A stretch of DNA of 64,000 nt from Phoronis australis. Lineage: Eukaryota > Animalia > Phoronida. The notes beneath the pieces are model-generated. The model searched no databases. It saw only the letters and a list, made by a program, of their open reading frames with translations, and was not told the origin of the DNA. Shown here piece after piece: positions 23,895-37,900 of the stretch (positions are counted from its first letter, which is position 1; each line of letters begins with the position of its first letter). The translations under genes were made by a program, and so were the position numbers. Location: assembly GCA_002633005.1 (NCBI GenBank), contig NMRA01000164.1:157085-221084 (forward strand). The letters are read 5' to 3'.

Positions 23895-24989
23895 ATGGCG
23901 CTACTTAGGAAAGAGTTCGTCTACTCAACAGATGAATTTGTTCATGATGTGCCATCTATGCACAGTGGATCTAAATTGTCTTTGACTAAGTTTGATATAA
24001 CCTTGAGGACACTGTGGGAAGAGGCCATGAAAAATTCCATGTTCAAATACAACCTGGGGGCAGTTGAAACCAAGGTCCTTCCCGGAAATAAATCTTATGT
24101 TTTACAAAGAAACATTCTCAGAGGCAGCATGAGGCGCAGACCGCAAGAAATTACAAGCATGAACCAACCTTTCAACTCAAAAGAATTCAATTTCAAGAAA
24201 GTAAGAGAAGGTGAAATTTTGATGGAGCTTAGGAAAAAAGAATCTGCGAAAGACAACAGTGCACTATCTCACGGAATGCTGAATGGTCTGAAAATGGGCA
24301 GGAACCTGCTCATAATCAACGTCAGTCCTTTAGAGTATGGACATGTATTGCTGGTCCCAGGAGTAGACAAAAACACTCCACAAAGATTAGATGCAAGTGC
24401 TATCAAGCAAGCTATTGAAATGCTTCTTTTGAGCTCACATCCAGGTTTTCGTCTTGGTTTCAACAGTTTGTGTGCTTTAGCATCCGTCAATCATCAGCAT
24501 GTTCACGCTTATTATACAGAATTTGAAATATATGGTGAGTATGTGAATGGAAACAGTTTGTATGAAGGATGCTCTGTTTATGAATTGGATGGGATGCCAT
24601 GTCGTGGATTTGGCTTTCAACTTTGTGATGGAGACGTTGAAACGCTATCACAGACGGCGTATCAATGTGTGGAGTATCTCCAAAGAAATGAGATAGCCCA
24701 TAATCTTTTCTTCACTCGTGGTGTGAAATTTGGCCATGGCAGATCAAGCACAGAACGAACTGTGCGTTTATTGTTGTATCCAAGGAAACCAATATTTGGT
24801 GTCAAAGAATTAACAATGTTCAACACGGCAGTGGTTGAATTAAGTGGTCACATAGTTGTTCTGGTTTCTGATGATTATGACAAGGCTACGGAGGAGGACA
24901 TTGATCACCAAATTTCTTCAGTTTCACTGGGTGCAGAAGAATTTGAAGGTGTAAAAGCCGATTTCATACAAATGTTGGCTAGCAGTTGA
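23895..24989 (+). CDS. GDPGP1: GDP-D-glucose phosphorylase 1 (VTC2/HIT-like family), intronless, 364 aa
   Basis: Motifs QPFNSKEFNF, LIINVSPLEYGHVLLVP, GFRLGFNSLCALASVNHQHVH (HIT-like) and IAHNLFFTRG; first ATG at 23895. Confidence 0.93.
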   Translation: MALLRKEFVYSTDEFVHDVPSMHSGSKLSLTKFDITLRTLWEEAMKNSMFKYNLGAVETKVLPGNKSYVLQRNILRGSMRRRPQEITSMNQPFNSKEFNFKKVREGEILMELRKKESAKDNSALSHGMLNGLKMGRNLLIINVSPLEYGHVLLVPGVDKNTPQRLDASAIKQAIEMLLLSSHPGFRLGFNSLCALASVNHQHVHAYYTEFEIYGEYVNGNSLYEGCSVYELDGMPCRGFGFQLCDGDVETLSQTAYQCVEYLQRNEIAHNLFFTRGVKFGHGRSSTERTVRLLLYPRKPIFGVKELTMFNTAVVELSGHIVVLVSDDYDKATEEDIDHQISSVSLGAEEFEGVKADFIQMLASS

Positions 24990-27339
24990 TAACAAGACAA
25001 CTTGGGCTCATCTTCACATTCCAGTGATAGTTTAGCTTCCTTTGGCTGTGAGATTTTAGTTTGGCTGAGTGTTTCAGTTGCCAAAAGATATACCTATTGC
25101 AGCTTGACCTGAACACATCAGTTTGACTACAGTGTTCAACACTTAGTCTCACAACAATTTGTCAAATGGAATCTGGCAAAATTCCTCAAGTGGTCAATTG
25201 GGAATGGAGGTCGCCAAAACAAGGAAACCCCGTATGCGAGATGTAAAAGTCCTGACCCACAGAAACGGCGCACAGTTGGTAGTAGTGAGAAATGAAAAAT
25301 CGAGTTATTTTAGTTGAGTAGAAAGTTATAGGAGTGGATTGTGAGCTCGATAACGCCCTATTACCCTCCTCGTGTGCCCAATATTACTCCGATGTGGCGA
25401 CTTGGCATTTTTACTGTGTTACCAAACAAAATCTAAGGTCGCACGGATGACCTGCAGATCACCAAATCAACCCCTGGGCCAATACAAGGCATGTGTCCTT
25501 GCATCCATTACAACGGTCGGCATATCAATTCCAAGCACAGCTATTACAAGGTTACTACCACATACATCCAATCCACTTATCAAATTGGAAACTTTCTTTT
25601 AGCAATAGTATGTGAAACATGTCAAAAATATATTGACTGTCTCTATAGCATTCAGCGTTGAGCAGCGTGTCATGCATGAGCATTATCACCCAAATGCCTG
25701 GTTCTCTGGGATGGGAACCACTGTCTCCAAGTTCATCCGCCTTGCCATTCCTTTCAGTTGCATCATCCAAGCATTGATATTCCTTCAACATCAGGTCCAA
25801 ACAAATTACAACCACTAGATATTCATATCAAAACGGATATCCTTCAAATGTTCCGAGATAGTGGTAATTCTGGCCCTTTGCAAAAAAAAACAATAGAATA
25901 CTTCAACAGATTCCTTCCCAGTATGCCTGGTATTTGAAATCCCATTATAAACATTCGACATAGTACTCTTTAGTGTTGTGAGAGCACAAAAACTGTAGCG
26001 ACTTCTGTATGAGCTGAGAGAGATGAAACTAATGTTGGACTTGTTTCTGTGAATCATTTGAACATTCCACTCTACAGCAATGGTGGTTACACACTTTGTG
26101 ATGGCAAAGAATTTAAAGAACGCTGTGCTATTTCTCTGTTTTAAAATCTCCATCTGAGTTGTTTGTGAATAGGCCTACTTAAGATGTTCATTCATGTGGA
26201 AGTCTTAGTTGTCATCAGAGGTTAAGAACATCTTGAAGAAATACTGACCAGAGGAGAAATGTTTACATGACTGCCATGTAATTGGCTTGCTTTTCACAAC
26301 ATGCATTATTTCTAAATATGTGGTAACGGGATGTGCAAGACACATCGGTTTTGAATTTCCGGGTGTGAAACAGAAAGTTAGTAGCTTTGGTTGATGTAAG
26401 GGTATCAAAATTAACAATAGAGGCATTTAAAATATTTAGTCATATGTAACCCTTGTATTTTCATCAGAGGTTATTAAAAACATCTTCAAGAAATTCTGAC
26501 AAGAATTGCTTCTAACTCTTAAGGTAGTGCCATGTTTGAAAACAATGGGAAACAATACGTATCACAATACTAATACAGTTAAATAGAGCCAGTTGCACTG
26601 AATGCTCATTGGCGGATCTAGGATGTGGCAAGGGGACCGCCCAACAACGTAAGATGGATAACGTTTGGGTAATCCGGCAATAATTGTAAGTTGTTCTTGG
26701 GGCTGTTGTATTCAGCATATAAAGCGTCCCATTTCAACTAATTATACACCTACCTACGTCAAAGGCGTGAGGATAGGCCGGGCAAAACAAAATGTTTTTA
26801 AGAAGGGCGGCTTTTATTGAATTCTGTTACGCTCTGGCCAGTCTCCACTGAATCGGCAATCTAGAGCGAAACTATTGGTTATAGAACCCTGACCCTGGAT
26901 TGCTAACTTCGAGCTCGAATTGCTGAGGTTGCGCAGCGCATGCGTCGTTTTTGTTTTGTTCTGATGTATGTTCTTGCTATGGAATTTACTGTCTCTAAAA
27001 CGTTTCGCAAATCCGCTGTTTTCCTTCCGAATTACATAAGAATCATATCATTAGAAAGCCCTTCATCAGTTCTCTACTGTTTATGATTATAACAGAGGTA
27101 AAAGATAATTATACAATTCATAAATAATTATCATTTTACATACCTGGCACAGGTTTAAAAATATTTTTAATTCTAAGAAACAAGAGTGTTACCAAAATGC
27201 GAAAAATTCAGTAAAAATTCGGGATGTAGTGGCAGTTACAAAAAGCTACTTATCCAAGATCTGTCGTAGTGTGGATAGATTATTACATAGGTTGCAATGT
27301 ATCAATTTCCATAGTAGAAGGAAGAGATGGTCATATGTT

Positions 27340-27500
27340 ATTGATAGTAGTTTATAAATGAACTCAATTCTTCAGGAAGTAAAAATTGGCGATCCTGACA
27401 CCTGCAGTGTATGTTACCATAAACAAGAGACATTGGAACATATTGATGTTACTAATGAAAGTGGACTCTGGAAAATAACATGGAGTATATTCAAGACAAG
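27340..27500 (+). pseudogene. L1/Tx1-type LINE remnant (C-terminal CCHC zinc-knuckle region)
   Basis: Translation DPDTCSVCYHKQETLEHI fits the CxxC...ETxxH motif of non-LTR ORF2. Confidence 0.45.
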
Positions 27501-29066
27501 GAAATTGTCATTTTTAGCTGAGCACCAGTTGCATAGTTGTCAACACTAAGTGAAAAATCAGGTCAACTGAAAAGAGGGACATCTGGATCCATGCCCAAAC
27601 GCAAAGGTGAAATATTTGCTGCAACACACAAAAACGTTCTTATAGCATTTTTGTCAAACAGGAGACTTACCGTGATTTTCCGTACATAAGCCCTCCCGAT
27701 TGATAAAAAGCCCATGGGCGTTAATTTGATGTTACAACTTCTGGTGTCAAGTGTCCAGATAGGGGGCGTTTATTCGGAAAATTTCCTCTTAAAAGCCCAC
27801 TCAGTGTCAACTTTAAGCCACAAATTCAGTTTTGTAGAGCATTCGTTATTTACAAAAATGGACAAAGACGTAAAATTAATTAAAAAGCAGTTTTACGAAA
27901 AATCCCAGGTCGCCAAACACAATCTGAGGTTGCATTGGGCACAAAATCTGATCCACGGGAAATGAGTTTGAACCCTGGGCGTTAAAGTGTGAGAAATTTT
28001 TGGAGCCCCATGTTGATTTCTGTCATTCACCCTCAGCCACCAGAAACTGGGCCTACCTGCGTTTTAACAAGGGATTTTGAAACGGCCCCATTGGCAGTTT
28101 ATACCAGTGTTCGGTTGCATGAAACAGTCCCAAATAAGGACTTAGTTCCCTAAATCTTTTGCGTATTTTTTTTCGTACTTTACTCACAGATGTAATATTT
28201 TTTTCTATAATATCTTTATTATGAGCTCTTCTTTGACCAATGACATGTCCAAATAGTATTACTAAAAACAGAGTCAAAATAATAAGGGATTTATTTCTTA
28301 TGCACGTATTAATTATGAAGCAGCGGAGACTTGTATTTTTTCTCGAAAGATCACAAGTGTATCTTTCCTTTTTCGATAGCCTCAACACTCATGCGGCGCC
28401 TCCGACCACACGAATCAGCCGTTTGTGCCCGCTACATAGCCTTGCTTAGTGTACACGGCAGTATTAGCTTATCCCGCAGGTCATCATCCAAGACCATTTT
28501 CCAGTTGTACACCAGTACTACACGGACCCTCCCAAGTACCTTGTCGCACAAAGCTAGTTTTCATGCAGTTCTTATCGTTAACTGCGTTCTCCTTTTTGTA
28601 ACACAATAGGCTAAAACAGAATTATGGGTATCGAATATAATAGGGCCCAGCAGTGTAACCAGAACGTTAAAAATACTTGCCCAAGTCGGAACAAAAACTG
28701 CCTTCCGTCGAAGAAAATAACTATTGATTTGTTGGCCACTTTCCGCAAAAATTGTTCTTGTTTCTTACTCATGAATATGAAAAGTAGCTTAGTGTTGCAA
28801 AAATCATCATGCTCAGCAATAAAAAGATGACCTGCCGTGACAAGTCAATTTGTAGAGCAAAAACAAACTGCTAGCTCTTCCCAAGTTCAGAAATCATACA
28901 AAGAATTTTGACTAGGATCAATTAGAGACCAATTTTAAAACAGAAAGTGGTATAAAAAAAGATTAGCTTTTGTGACGGACGGCGTCTTTAATAACTTGCG
29001 GTCTTAAACCCAGTCTAAAACGAAACCATACTTTTAACGATTGAAAGCAGTTATTAATAATCCTTC

Positions 29067-29850
29067 AAAGAGACAATTTTTATTCAGTTTATTTAACAAC
29101 ACATCTCAAATTGTTCCTTAATCAGAAGAATGGGGCTGGAAAAGTTCGTGTGAGACCATAACACAACACACCGTGATATGGCAATGTAACTGCTTTAAAA
29201 TAATTTTCAAGAAAAACCAGTGCCCCTAATTAGACTAAGGAACAATATGAGAGTAATCTCGTCCCAAGTAAGTTTTTGTGACGGATGGTGTATTTAATAG
29301 CTGCTGCAAATAGGGACTAGTTCTGGGATACATCAACCTTGAAAATAAACTGGGACAATCAAACATGAGAACATTCTCGAAGAATGCACCAAATAACAAA
29401 AGATGACATCAGCAGAAATTAAGGTACATTTTTTAAATTATTTTATTCCAAACTCACAGCTACAGACAACTCTTCATAATAATCCAGAGTTCAAAATATG
29501 AACATGCTTTTGTGAAAGGAAAGCTAATTCTATTGTCAAGGAGACAGTCCTGAGCCCATGGGGTTAAAACACTACTGAAGGTCTTCCTTGTGCCCTCCAA
29601 CTCCTGTAAACAACAAGCTTTTATCCTCCCCCCTTTCCAATTCAATCTTTCTTTTCTGCATATAATAAACAGATTTTAATTGAAGGCCACTCATTTTCCT
29701 GTCCTGTGGGGACCTCAGGTGAACAATTCTTTCTATAATATTTGAACTCCTACAATTACACCAAATATGCCTTACAAATTATACAAAATGACAAAGCCAG
29801 AGACATCTGAAGCCTACACCAATACTTCCCAGCGCAACATCACCAACAAG
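29067..29850 (+). repeat. ~780-bp direct duplication, copy B (probably the distal 3'UTR of the MARVEL gene)
   Basis: Matches 318-1097; carries minus-strand AATAAA at 29079-29084 and 29442-29447. Confidence 0.93.
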
Positions 29851-30373
29851 CTAAACCATATTTAGTCTGCAAAATAATCATGAACAATCAAATGTACAAT
29901 ACACAAGTTTGTATAGTCAACTTACATCTGCAGAAACCCCTTGAATTCTTCTTATTTTTGCAACTCCTTAAGATCTGACAGGCTAAGAAAAGGCAACTTC
30001 TTAAGAAAAAGTTCAGAATCCTGCCTGTCAAAAGAAATGTCTTGGTCGTCCAAAAAGTACTCAAACATCTCTCCAGGTGTCTTGTTACACTCTGAATAGA
30101 AATACATTCAATTTTAACAATGCCATTAGTCAAAGTAAAAATAGACTTCTGTACTTTTCTCAAACAAAAAATGCATCACCTAATTACCTTAAGCATATGC
30201 ATTTAAAATTTTTAATTATGTGACCCAGTGATTATGGTATATAAGATCCCCTAAAGAATTATAATTTAATCATTACTTAAGTTTAAAATTTAATGTGTGT
30301 TTTGTAAAATTACAAAATGTAAAACTCCCAATTCAGTTACCAGGTTCAGGATACTGGCAGCATACAAGCATAC

Positions 30374-30426
30374 AAATATATATATGTATATGTGTGTATA
30401 TGTATATGTATATATATTTATATACA
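30374..30426. repeat. Imperfect (TA)n/(TATG)n microsatellite
   Basis: tatatatatgtatatgtgtgtatatgtatatgtatatatatttatatac. Confidence 0.85.
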
Positions 30427-31842
30427 TCAACAGTTTTAATAGACAAAGTAAAGTATAAATACAATATACTCAACAGCGATGTAATAAAATTTTCTTTAGT
30501 GGGCGAGGGTGGTACACATGTGATGAGCACCCCCTTCGACCATAGACAGTATATCGATTCAACCGATAATATTTTTCTGGTCGCTTCCCTGCTTCCCGAA
30601 TCCCGGTCTGTGCTTGTACCAAATACAGACCCGGTTCAAATCGAAAAAGGCTGTCATTTCAATTAAGAGGCAAAACATGTAGAGAAAAGACACCACATCT
30701 AGCAAGTATAAATGTACCTATGTGATCAAGTTAAAGTACTTCATATACAAACACTGAGGGAATTTAAGCACGAGTATGAGAAAAATATTACATTTTAAAT
30801 TCAAAGCACCTCCCAAAATTGAAAATTGTCTATTTTTATAGGCTTAATAAACGGCAAAAAATTTCAGAGTTGAAGTACATGATGTCTGATTTACAGTTTA
30901 AATGATGCCAAATATTACAAACAAATTCAACAGGTCATTTTTATGAGAATTCTGCAAACTAAAATTCAACTTGTTCGCTGAATAGTTATTAAGTATGTGA
31001 AAAGAACATTTACTGAATAATCGCTAACAGGTATGCCAAAGAGAATCACCAAGCAAAGTCTGTCCATAAAAATCCCTGACATAACTTAGGCCTAAAGCTA
31101 CACCTGAATCAAAATAAAAACATTCAATGTAATTACCATAAAACATCAAAAATGCTATTTCTGTACCTAAATACAACTTTATTACCTCTGGTACCTTTTC
31201 ATTGGTACATATACATAAATCGATACTAACAACCTCAAAAATATTCAACCATGATTCACGTAGACATGTTTTCTGATATGTTAAGACATTTATTTGCTAG
31301 ACTTAACGAGGAAGTATTTAATGGAAGCAATGTGCATTTGGCACTTGAAAGTATTGAGCAGTATAAAACTACTGCTTGAACAAGATACCTTGGTGCTAGC
31401 ATACAAACTCAACTACATAAATTTAAAAGCCACAAATTACATACGGTCTTTGCCTTTGTTTTCATGACCAAAACACAACACAAACTCAGCCATCCTTAAA
31501 ATATTTTTGTTGAATCCCTTTGCCCAGCCTTTACTCCCTTGCTATAGGCAAGTCAGATTAATATATCATTATCCACTGTTCAATGTCAAACTTTGTTTTT
31601 ACAATCGTAAAAAAAAATTTTTTGTCACATCGCAAATATGTTTTAGTCGCACGCATATTTTACCACAGGTCACACGAGGGAAGACAAACTCAATTTCATT
31701 TTACACACCATAGGAAACTAGTCTGTGCCAAGATTCTAAGCACATGCATACCAAATGTAATACATACACAGCAGCCTAAATGAAGAAGACACAAATAATG
31801 CAATAATTTGTTTGAAGAGAAACATTTCATTGAAATCACTCA

Positions 31843-31989
31843 TTAGTAGGTTTCCTTCTCCGTGGTGACGGTCGTGGTGGTTGTGTTCGAAGATGTGGTC
31901 ATTGTTGCTGAGGTAACGCCACTTCTGAAGAGTTGAAACAGGAAAAAGCAGTCGACGATGAGCACAACCATTAGTGCAAAGGCAAAGAA
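31843..31989 (-). CDS. MARVEL gene last coding exon (FFAFALMVVLIVDCFFLFQLFRSGVTSATMTTSSNTTTTTVTTEKETY*)
   Basis: ttttcttacag acceptor, TAA at 31845-31843. Confidence 0.9.
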   Translation of the reverse strand, partial: FFAFALMVVLIVDCFFLFQLFRSGVTSATMTTSSNTTTTTVTTEKETY

Positions 31990-34900
31990 CTGTAAGAAAA
32001 GTATGGTTAAAGTACGTAGGACCTTATCGACAAGTTTGTGTATTTAGCCAAATGCCTACACAAAATTAACCTGGTAAAAATAGAAAGCCAGAACATTTTG
32101 ATTGGCAACTTTGTGCTAATCTGCCATTTATTGGGTCAAGTGACCATGTGAACTTAGTTAATTTTAGCAAAGGAAAAGGTACATTCAACAAATTTCAGTG
32201 GATGTAAATTTTCACGTGATAGATCTCAAAAACTTTGGCAGAGTTTTCTAAATCATCATTTTGTTTTTGTTTTATGAAAATTTGGAGGATTTTTTAATAA
32301 AAACAAACAAGTCTTATTTTTTGGTTAGTCCCTCAGACAAAAGTGGAACATTTTATAATCAACTCCAGAAATAGCATGTCAGAGAACAGTGCACATTTAG
32401 AATGGTATCTGAAAAGTTCAATAAGAATTTGATTCGGATCGGGCATTTCTGAGACATGATTTTTCCTAAGTGATCAACAATACTGGGAACAGTGTCAAAA
32501 GCATTCCAAATATACTCTTTGGCATGCTCCTTCCTTTCCCAAAGAAGAGCACTTACAAAAATATTGACCCAATAATATAATTGCATGTTGTACCAGATGT
32601 GTGCAGGCCACACACCTGGGTCCAATGCACTGATCACCTTGAGCCATTTCTATGCATTATTAATATATAGTTAAAACCGAGCTGAGGAGCTAAAAACTCG
32701 ACTCAAGGGTCTAGAAGTGTGGCCCAATGGGACGCGAACCCACGACCTCAAGTAAAGAAGCTGGCGCCTATCACACTAGGTCACACTGACTCCTCTATAA
32801 TGTTAACTTGGTCTCCCTACAGATTATATTCACTAACAAGGAAATTTTAGAAGTGCAAGCCACCTGTTGACACTCCTTTCCAGTCTCCAGTTACAGGAGC
32901 ATTAATCAGTGAAACGCATCTTTTGTAAGTACTTACTGAAGCAGCACCCATGGCTGGATAACTCCCAACAACGGCAGCCACAATTCCAGCAATAAAACAA
33001 AACAGAGCCATCACGGCAAAATAAATCAGCTCCTGCAAAATGAGAAATACGTTCACCATGTTGCTTATCTTAAGTTCGCACAAAAGGAGCAGAGAAATTG
33101 CTAAAAATAGTTTCGAGTTCGTTTAGAGTACAAAGATTAGAGACCGGGCCCAGGTCTCTACATTCAAACCATTGTGCAAATTCTCCTCCCTTAGTGTGGT
33201 TTATAGGATTAGTTGTAATGACTCTCACCAGCATGTTGCAGTAGACATTGTCACTAGAGAACATACTTTTGCCATTCACACTAACAAAGCTGCTGCTGGT
33301 TGAGTGAATTTATGGTAGTTTGGTATGTTTGAGTAAATATACCTGTTGTTTTTTCAGTTAGTTTAGAGTGCCTTCCCACTAGAGGCGAAACTTCCCTAAA
33401 AGCGAGGTAGTTAATCCGCAAGTGAAATTTCGATGAAAATAGTTGGATTTAAAAGCGAAGTTTCGGTAGCAAAATTCAAAAACCGAAACTTCGGTTTGGT
33501 GGGAAAGGTCTAAGTGAAATTTCGGCAAGTTGTCAGTAGAGGTCATGGCAATGATGTAAGATCATGCTAGACTCAATGAGATATCACACAAAACTTATTC
33601 TTTGTCACTGTAGCATCGCCAACATGCTCTCAATAGACGCACATAAATAAATAAAAGAATACACATCTGATGAATAGTGACATTGATCATTTTCATAAAT
33701 ACTAATAAATGGCGGGAGAATAATTTAGACAGTTAATCTTGAACCCACCACTCAATATTCGTACAAATGAACTGCGCTGTCTGGTGTTTATTCCGATGAC
33801 TAGCAATAACTTCGATGTCGCTATTTAGTAGGAAAGGTAGGCAAAAGTTTCTGCAAAGCTTCAGTTAACAGAAATTCCCCTAATGAGAAAGCACCTTTAG
33901 CGTTTGAAACTGTTTCGTGTACATTGCTTTATTGTCTAGATAATGTTTTAGTGATTAAAGTGAAACGTTGCACGTGAAAATCTATGTAGTAGTGCTTATT
34001 TTTGAATTTCTCACTAAGATTTCATTTGGCGACCTAGAATTAATTTTCAGTTTTGGCGACCTCAGATTTTTGCCAAGTAGCCAAATGCAGCTTGGCGCTA
34101 AGCTAAGCGTCGAGTGCTGACTGGTATCTTACTTTTCCCTGTCTAAATTTATGTTCAATATTTTCGCAAGTTTGTCAGCCAGATTATTCTTTGACTAACC
34201 GTACAGCAATTTTACCTTATTATTTTGAAATTGCCTGTTTAATGTTATGTTTACACTGTTTACAAGAGTTAATTACTCTCAATTAAACATGATTAGTCCA
34301 ACAGAAAATCGGCCGTGTTATTCAATCGTTACTTAACAAATATCACATCCCAATTAGCAGCAAATCTAAAATGGCAAGAGTATCAGTTCGTACTACCGGG
34401 CTCCGGTAGTAAGGCTTCAGGCTGAATGAAAATTCTTCCGTTTAATGTAAACTCATTAATACTAATATTCAACTATTTGGCAACATTCCAAATTTTCTTT
34501 CTGAGTTATTTCACCACCAGTTAGTATTTTATAAGAAATAGGCCATCGCTCATTGCTCAGACCATTGGCCACCTAACAAAATTGCCCGAGACCACCAGCA
34601 TCTTACCGTAAACGTTCGAGTTAACGCCCTGGGCGGTTAAATTGGCAAACCCAAAAAATCAGGGGTGGGCGGTTAACCAGACATGGACGCTTAAACGTGA
34701 AACTTCTAAAAATCCAGGGTGGGCGGTTAACCGAACATGGGCGCTTATTACGACAGGAAAGCGCCCTGGGCGGTTAATCTTACCTCGTGATCTAAGTACC
34801 CACACCACACACATAGTCGTAGGCCTACTCAGAACGCGTAGCTCTTTTCAAAGAGCGTTATCGTCACGTCGCCCCATGACAGGAAAAATGTCGTAACAGC

Positions 34901-37900
34901 AGACGATCCTAACAAAGGTTATCATGCCCTCACATTAGTTATTCACTATTAAATTTACAGAATTGCTGAGTAATAGCCCCGTACCGTCCTGCGGTCTTGT
35001 TATTTAGCCCTGTAGTGTAGAGCGCAGACGACCAGTGACCACGCAGCCTCTACTTGGATTGCAACTATTTCATCTTGCTAAAGTGCACGCGTGCAAGCTT
35101 CACGTGTTGCAGAGGTCACAGCAGACATCAGATTTATGGTTACAGTCTCTTACTAGCTGCCAAGTTCATAGTCAGAGAGCAGTTTTAAAATTGGTTGTAA
35201 TAAAAGTTTGAAAACCCTAATTCAGATGTTTTTTATGTTTGGGATGTTTATAGTCAACACTCCGTGACTCAATGACATTTTTAGCGTATGGTTCTGTGGC
35301 TTGCTGTTTTATCTCGACTGCCCGGCATTGCTCACTTGCCGTTGCGCCAAACATGCTCGGCAAAGAAGTAGGCCCAAGACAAGAATCGGGGTTAAGCGGC
35401 CGTGTGCCACTCGTCAATCAAGAATAAAATTTCGAGCTACGGCATAAATATGTGATAAAACGCTACAAAACAGCGATGTTTCAATTCATAAACGATCACC
35501 TTACCAAACTTCGTGTTGGAAAACATTTATTTTTCATGCAAGATGTCCAGATTATCCTATTTATATCACTTGCAATATCGCACTGCGGCACTGTTCGGTC
35601 CCGTTGTTAGCGCGCAATGTCTCAGTCGGCTGACAATCGTGACTTGGAAATGCCGTCAAGTCATATAACGGCCTCTTTCGATATGCATCTCGTTTTTTAT
35701 GGCCAAAGATAGCGGCGGGATTCAGCACGCGCGTAGGGCCTACCTGCGAGTCACCTGTCAATCACATGTTGGTGTCAAGGTAACATGCACTCCAAAGTGT
35801 GGGAACTTGCGCGTGTGCACCACTACAAAGTCACACACCAAAAGAGAATAGCGACAGTCCTAAGTAACAGAAACGGGCGTGACTTTTAACCATTGTCTCA
35901 TTTCTCTGGCCTGATTTTTTCGAATATATATTTTATCAAGTGCACTGCAGACGAAAACTCAGCGCGGCAGACAAAGTCGCTGAAGGCGGAGGTTTTGACG
36001 CCGGCGGCGTTCTTAAACTTTGCAAACATGGGAAGAAAATAAAGTGACAAAAACGTTCAAGTATTATATTTTGAAGTGAGTCCATGACCCAAGACAATAA
36101 CCCGTTACTTGTATAATTGCAATTCACATTGCTAAACCACCGTCTCGGAGGCCCGGCCTCGTTGCGCTCATTGTGAACATCGATCTTTTTCTAAAAGTCG
36201 GGGAATCGCGCGTTTCCTTAGCACTGGGCGCTAAATCTTCATTCTTTAAAAGTCGGGGATGGGCGCTTAACCGAGAGGTGGGCGCTTAACTGGAAATCTT
36301 CAAAAATCGCAGAGGGGCCCTTAACCGAGCAGTGGGCGGTTAAATCGAAAATCCACCTAAAGTAGGGGGTGGGCGGTTAACTGAGCATGGGCGTTAACCC
36401 GAACGTTTACGGTAATTTTTCCCTGTCAGTTATTGTCAATATTTTCACAAGTTGTCAGAATATTCTTTCTCAGTGTGTAGCAATTTCATTTAATTATTCT
36501 GATATTACATGTTCATGTTATATTTATACTGTTTACCAGAATTAACTTACTCCCTGTAAAACACGCTTAACCCTGTCAAATAGACGGCCTTGTTATTCAA
36601 TCATTCCTTAATGAATCTCACTTCCGACTTAGCGGCAAATCTAAAATGGCGGAGTATCACTGGGCTCCAATTTGTGACAAGTGAGGCTTTTTATGAATTT
36701 TCCACCTCAAATTTTATTATTAATTAACTTGTTGGTACTTATGGCTTCAATATGACATATTCTAACAGTCTAATAATAAGGTTTAAAAACGTGTGCTACT
36801 AAGTCTTTGAGAACCGAGAGCCATCCCACAATGCATTTGAAAAACAACATCAGTGCCACAAATGGAGTAAGTGTCGGCTCAGATGAAATCCCCGAATTAC
36901 ATATCAAGTGATACAATGATCGCAATTAGTCATACTAACACAAAATCCAAGCCCACTTTCACTTTTATTAGGTAAATTTATATTCCAAAGCCCGCCTTCC
37001 ACCCAGGATTACGGAACTACCATTGCAAATTGGTTGTTAAGATGGGCAGACATCAGTTCTTAAGTCTTGAAATTATTCTTCAACAATAGTGAAAAAGGTA
37101 ATGGAAATCAATAATTAGTGATAGTGATAGTAATAACCTGGGTATAACGTCAACTTTTTAGGGAATAGAACCAGCGGCAAAATACGCAATGCAAGACACT
37201 TGTAACAAGTAATGTTGGCTTACAGAACATTTTGCTAGTGTACACAAATAAAGACAGCAAACTTACATGCGAAACACTGCCCTTTCACTTGTACGAGTTT
37301 GTGTGATCTTGCAAATCTCACAAGAGACATATGCTACGGAACACACTCCAATGTCGTTCGAACCATACTTACTATGAGTATTGCTGGCCCGGGCAGGCGC
37401 ACATTGAGGCCAAGCAAATAGAGGATGAACCAGATGAGAATGGTGACAAAACACCAGGCTCCCACAAACTGACACCAACTAGAGTAGCCACCCAATCCCC
37501 AGCCAACTGCAGCGCAGATCAGAAGAATCAGGCCCAGAACCTGAATAAAGAATGTAAAACGATGACAATAGTTCTGGGCTGCGGTCCGTAGGCCTCAGAC
37601 AAAAGAAAACTGTGATCACATGTTGTGTTTGTAATGCATGACAATATCTCGTGAAATCTTTTTTCCTAGGTTCTTGGGTTTACGAAATGTAGCCTTGATC
37701 AGTACACACCCTTCTTCATTGTTTGACAATCTAACACCTGGTAAAAGTTAGAAATTAACAAAAGTTGGATTCGTCTAGAAATCCGCATACTTTCAAAAAA
37801 TTTGAAAGATAAAAAACAACTTTGAACGAAAAATAGAATTTACCAAGTTAAGTCACAATGAGGCAGGCATAAATGATCTTTTTATTATACACAATAATAG

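Noticed and set aside
25555-26153. ORFs downstream of GDPGP1
   Set aside because: No coherent protein; possibly a decayed LINE 3' end, but too degenerate to support.
32719-32793. Functional tRNA gene
   Set aside because: Acceptor and anticodon stems do not pair properly and the B box is degenerate; treated as SINE head or pseudogene.
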